In this document: one piece after another, positions 61,367 to 64,000 of the stretch | Position numbering within the stretch: position 1 is the first letter of the stretch | How the letters are laid out: each line of letters opens with the position of its first letter | Source of the DNA: an uncultured Poribacteria bacterium | Lineage (GTDB): Bacteria; Poribacteria; WGA-4E; WGA-3G | Reading direction: 5' to 3' | NCBI GenBank assembly: GCA_951812525.1 | Contig: OX638316.1 | Coordinates: forward strand, 4,904,608 to 4,968,607 | Length of the DNA: 64,000 bases | Program-made: the position numbers and the translations under genes | Notes under the pieces: model-generated | The model's input: the letters and a program-made list of their open reading frames with translations, nothing else | Database searches by the model: none | Told to the model about the DNA's origin: nothing

Positions 61367-62797
61367 GTGGATACATACGATTTGACAATCATCGGCGGCG
61401 GAAGCGCGGGGCTCGTGCTTGCCGTGGCGGGGGCAAAGTTAGGCAAAAAAACAGCACTCGTGGAAAAATATCGCATCGGTGGAGATTGCCTCTGGACGGG
61501 ATGTGTTCCGTCCAAAGCACTCCTGAAAGCGGCGAAGGTAGCGAATTATATTCAGAACGCAGAGAAATACGGCATCGCAGCTTCATCACCTATGTCAGAC
61601 TGGCAGCGGGTGATAGGGTATGTGGAAAGCACCCAACACGCGATAGAAGAGGAGCACGACAACCCTGAACGATTCCGCGAGATAGGCGTGGATGTCATCT
61701 TCGGAAACGGGCATTTTGAATCACCCAATACCTTCGTTGTGGAAGACACTGAAAGTGGAGAGACACGTACTCTTAAAAGCAAAAAATTCGTGATCAGCAC
61801 GGGTTCCCGTCCTATTGCGCCACCTATACCCGGATTGGAATCTTGTGGCTACCTGGATAGCGAGACTGTATGGGAATTAGAGGCGTTTCCCAATCGGATG
61901 CTCGTTGTCGGTGCTGGTCCAATCGGAGTTGAACTTGGACAGGCATTTCATCGTCTCGGTGCCGATGTGACAATAGCACAACGCAGCGGACAGATCTTGA
62001 CGAAAGAAGATGCCGATGTCTCTGAACAGATACTGGATTACCTACGCGCAGATGGTCTCACGATCCGACTTAACACAAACATTGCGCAGGTTACACAGGA
62101 CCAAGAAGGCGCAAAGGTGACATTCAATAGCAGTGAAAACGGAAACACTGAACAGACATTCGATAAGATTCTAATCGCTGCGGGGCGCGCACCGAATATC
62201 GATGGTTTAGAGCTTGAACAAATCGGGGTACAGGTTGGTAGACGTGGGATTGAAGTGAATAACAAACTTCAGACGAGCGTCAAAAATATCTACGCCGCGG
62301 GTGATGTTATCGGACACTACCTGTTCACGCATGTTGCAGCATTTCAAGCACAACTGCTCATCCGAAATCTCTTCTTTCCCTTCTCCAAAACGATTAACTA
62401 TGCTGTCGTTCCGTGGACTACCTTCTGTGATCCAGAGGTCGCTCGTTGCGGTCTGACAGAGGCAGAAGCACGCGAGAAGTATGGAGATGTTGATGTGTTT
62501 ACACTCGATCAAGGGGACGTTGACAGAGCGGTCGCGGAAGGCGAGACCCAAGGCTTCACAAAAGTTATCACGAGTCGATGGAACGGAAAAATATTAGGCG
62601 TGCACGTCGTGGGAACCAATGCGGGAGAGGTGATCCATGAGTACGTTCTGGCGATGCAGACCGGAATACCTCTTCGGAAATTGAGTGGTATGATTCACGT
62701 TTATCCGACATTTTCGAGCAGTACGTGGCGTGTGGCAGGGAAATGGTTTTCGGAGAGCACGATGATTCAGACGTTACGGAAACTAATTGGGAAGTGA
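61367..62797 (+). CDS. Class I pyridine nucleotide-disulfide FAD oxidoreductase (dihydrolipoamide-dehydrogenase / mercuric-reductase-like)
   Basis: It has the FAD motif LTIIGGGSAGL, the redox disulfide GGDCLWTGCVPSK and a C-terminal dimerisation His. Confidence 0.75.
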   Translation: MDTYDLTIIGGGSAGLVLAVAGAKLGKKTALVEKYRIGGDCLWTGCVPSKALLKAAKVANYIQNAEKYGIAASSPMSDWQRVIGYVESTQHAIEEEHDNPERFREIGVDVIFGNGHFESPNTFVVEDTESGETRTLKSKKFVISTGSRPIAPPIPGLESCGYLDSETVWELEAFPNRMLVVGAGPIGVELGQAFHRLGADVTIAQRSGQILTKEDADVSEQILDYLRADGLTIRLNTNIAQVTQDQEGAKVTFNSSENGNTEQTFDKILIAAGRAPNIDGLELEQIGVQVGRRGIEVNNKLQTSVKNIYAAGDVIGHYLFTHVAAFQAQLLIRNLFFPFSKTINYAVVPWTTFCDPEVARCGLTEAEAREKYGDVDVFTLDQGDVDRAVAEGETQGFTKVITSRWNGKILGVHVVGTNAGEVIHEYVLAMQTGIPLRKLSGMIHVYPTFSSSTWRVAGKWFSESTMIQTLRKLIGK

Positions 62798-62856
62798 AAC
62801 TCAGAAGCGTGACAAACTAACAGATTGCGGTACAAGCCCGCTTCATCGAACTCACG

Positions 62857-63558
62857 TTATACGTTTAGTATTACAGCCTTAACTATTTTGCCACTGTATT
62901 TATCAGGACTGGCGAACTCTCTCAGATTCGAATTAGCAATATTCTGATTGATCTCTGAAGAGGTTTTAGATTTTAATTCCAAACCTTCGTCCGGATCATA
63001 GTGGTAATCTTCCAATGCGAGTTCCAAGAGTTCATAAGCTACGAAGAACTCGCGAAACGCTTCCTCTAACGCTTGACGCGAAGCATGTTGTCTGAGCAAA
63101 GTGACCACCCGTGGACGCACGGTAAAGAGATCTTCAGCAATAAGTGTCCAGATAAGTTCGCGAAACTCCTCTGGTGATAACTCGGAGATTTTCTTGTTAG
63201 GCATTGGATCACTTGGTAGATAGCGACTGTTCAGTCGGCGTTGCTTCCGTTCTTCAAGTGTTGTTCTCCGATTAGCGAGTATATAGTCCCGCTGTCGTCT
63301 TAGTTTTTTGGCGAGTGGTGTGTTCGATTCTAAACCATCAAGCGGGTCTTCCTCGTATTTTTCAAACCAAAAGGCGAGGCTCTCATAACCACAGAAAAAT
63401 AAGCGGAACTCTACCTCTAATTCCTCTGTTTTCTCTGCTGAATCAGGGGTGCTAAGCAATGTGATAAGGCGTCCACGCACATCAAAAATGTCATCGTCAG
63501 CAATATACTGGAGCAATTCAGCGATTTCGTCGCAAGACATATTGGCAAGTTTTTTCAC
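62857..63558 (-). CDS. Hypothetical acidic protein composed of two homologous halves
   Basis: There is an internal duplication: EIAELLQYIADDDIFDVRGRLITLL...EFRLFF matches EFRELIWTLIAEDLFTVRPRVVTLL...AFREFF. Confidence 0.4.
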   Translation of the reverse strand: MKKLANMSCDEIAELLQYIADDDIFDVRGRLITLLSTPDSAEKTEELEVEFRLFFCGYESLAFWFEKYEEDPLDGLESNTPLAKKLRRQRDYILANRRTTLEERKQRRLNSRYLPSDPMPNKKISELSPEEFRELIWTLIAEDLFTVRPRVVTLLRQHASRQALEEAFREFFVAYELLELALEDYHYDPDEGLELKSKTSSEINQNIANSNLREFASPDKYSGKIVKAVILNV

Positions 63559-63576
63559 GATTTCTCCGTTACGGTT

Positions 63577-63840
63577 GGAAATTTTAAATGTCTGCTTATT
63601 TTTATTAGGACTTACGCACTTCCCCGGTAGGTGCGGTTTCCTAACCGCACCGATTGCGTCATGTGGAAATTTTAAATGTCTGCTTGTTTTTATTAGGACT
63701 TACGCACTTCCCCGGTAGGTGCGGTTTCCTAACCGCACCGATTGCGTCATGTGGAAATTTTAAATGTCTGCTTATTTTTATTGGGACTTACGCACTTCCC
63801 CGGTAGGTGCGGTTTCCTAACCGCACCGATTGCGTCATGA
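63577..63840 (+). repeat. Three tandem direct copies of an 88-bp unit, each containing a GGTAGG-headed REP-like hairpin (CCCCGGTAGGTGCGGTTTCCTAACCGCACCG). It sits 19 bp upstream of the start of the 62857-63558 gene.
   Basis: Copies begin at 63577, 63665 and 63753 and differ by 1-3 substitutions. An inverted fragment of the unit (TGCGTAAGTCC) follows at 63861. Confidence 0.85.
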
Positions 63841-64000
63841 TAGACTTAATTCTCTGATTTTGCGTAAGTCCTGTTTATAATTCACAATAAAAAGGGTTAG
63901 AGGGAAATGCGGGAATTGTGAAACGGGATGGAAAGTACGGGATGCGATTGCGTATCTCCGATCAGTTCGAGAATCAAGTGTTCCTCCCTCTCCTGTAAAC

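Noticed and set aside
63577-63840. The tandem repeat array considered as a CRISPR locus
   Set aside because: The units are 88 bp and essentially identical end to end, with no variable spacers. No cas genes are nearby. The repeat carries the GTAG-hairpin motif, so it is a REP/MITE-like tandem array and not CRISPR.
1-64000. Search for tRNA, rRNA, integrase or transposase genes
   Set aside because: No T-loop/acceptor patterns, rRNA-like stretches, tyrosine/serine recombinase or DDE/HUH transposase motifs were seen in any ORF. Their absence is noted because it bears on how the repeats could move.

Overview
The window is 64 kb of densely coded bacterial DNA at roughly 50% GC. About 80% of the genes are on the minus strand, and there are no rRNA, tRNA or CRISPR loci. 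The gene content (many Gfo/Idh/MocA, PhyH, VOC and methyltransferase genes, an ASPIC/FG-GAP protein, a DUF5916 protein, a Zn-metalloprotease) suggests an uncultivated Gram-negative lineage, possibly Planctomycetes- or Poribacteria-like. That taxonomic guess is weak.

Coding content:
- Housekeeping: a heme/siroheme precursor cluster (hemB, hemL, ispB-like, sirC-like, hemX/ccsA-like, hemA, hemC, cobA-hemD), rsgA, comEA and 5-formyltetrahydrofolate cyclo-ligase.
- Accessory: a block rich in tailoring or detoxification enzymes: three class I SAM methyltransferases, an AAC(3)-family acetyltransferase, an APH-like kinase, several GNATs, two PhyH dioxygenases, VOC/glyoxalases, a HAD hydrolase, a sulfotransferase and an ECF sigma factor.
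- Candidate undescribed module: a Phd/YefM-type antitoxin gene whose stop overlaps (GTGA) the start of an HNH-nuclease gene.
- Other unusual genes: a solitary EutN/CcmL microcompartment vertex protein, and a basic protein with four zinc ribbons embedded between the methyltransferase and oxidoreductase genes.

Non-coding structure is unusually rich:
- A family of GTAG-headed hairpin elements resembling REP elements. Their stems differ by compensatory changes while the head and loop are conserved. One instance is a 3 x 88-bp tandem array, and two are ~140-bp homologous elements, one of which carries a 65-nt loop insertion.
- A pair of 110-bp inverted repeats at ~97% identity that bracket an 8.7-kb gene block.
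- Several shorter dispersed repeat families.

All calls rest on reading the sequence and ORF translations against known family signatures. No database searches were run.
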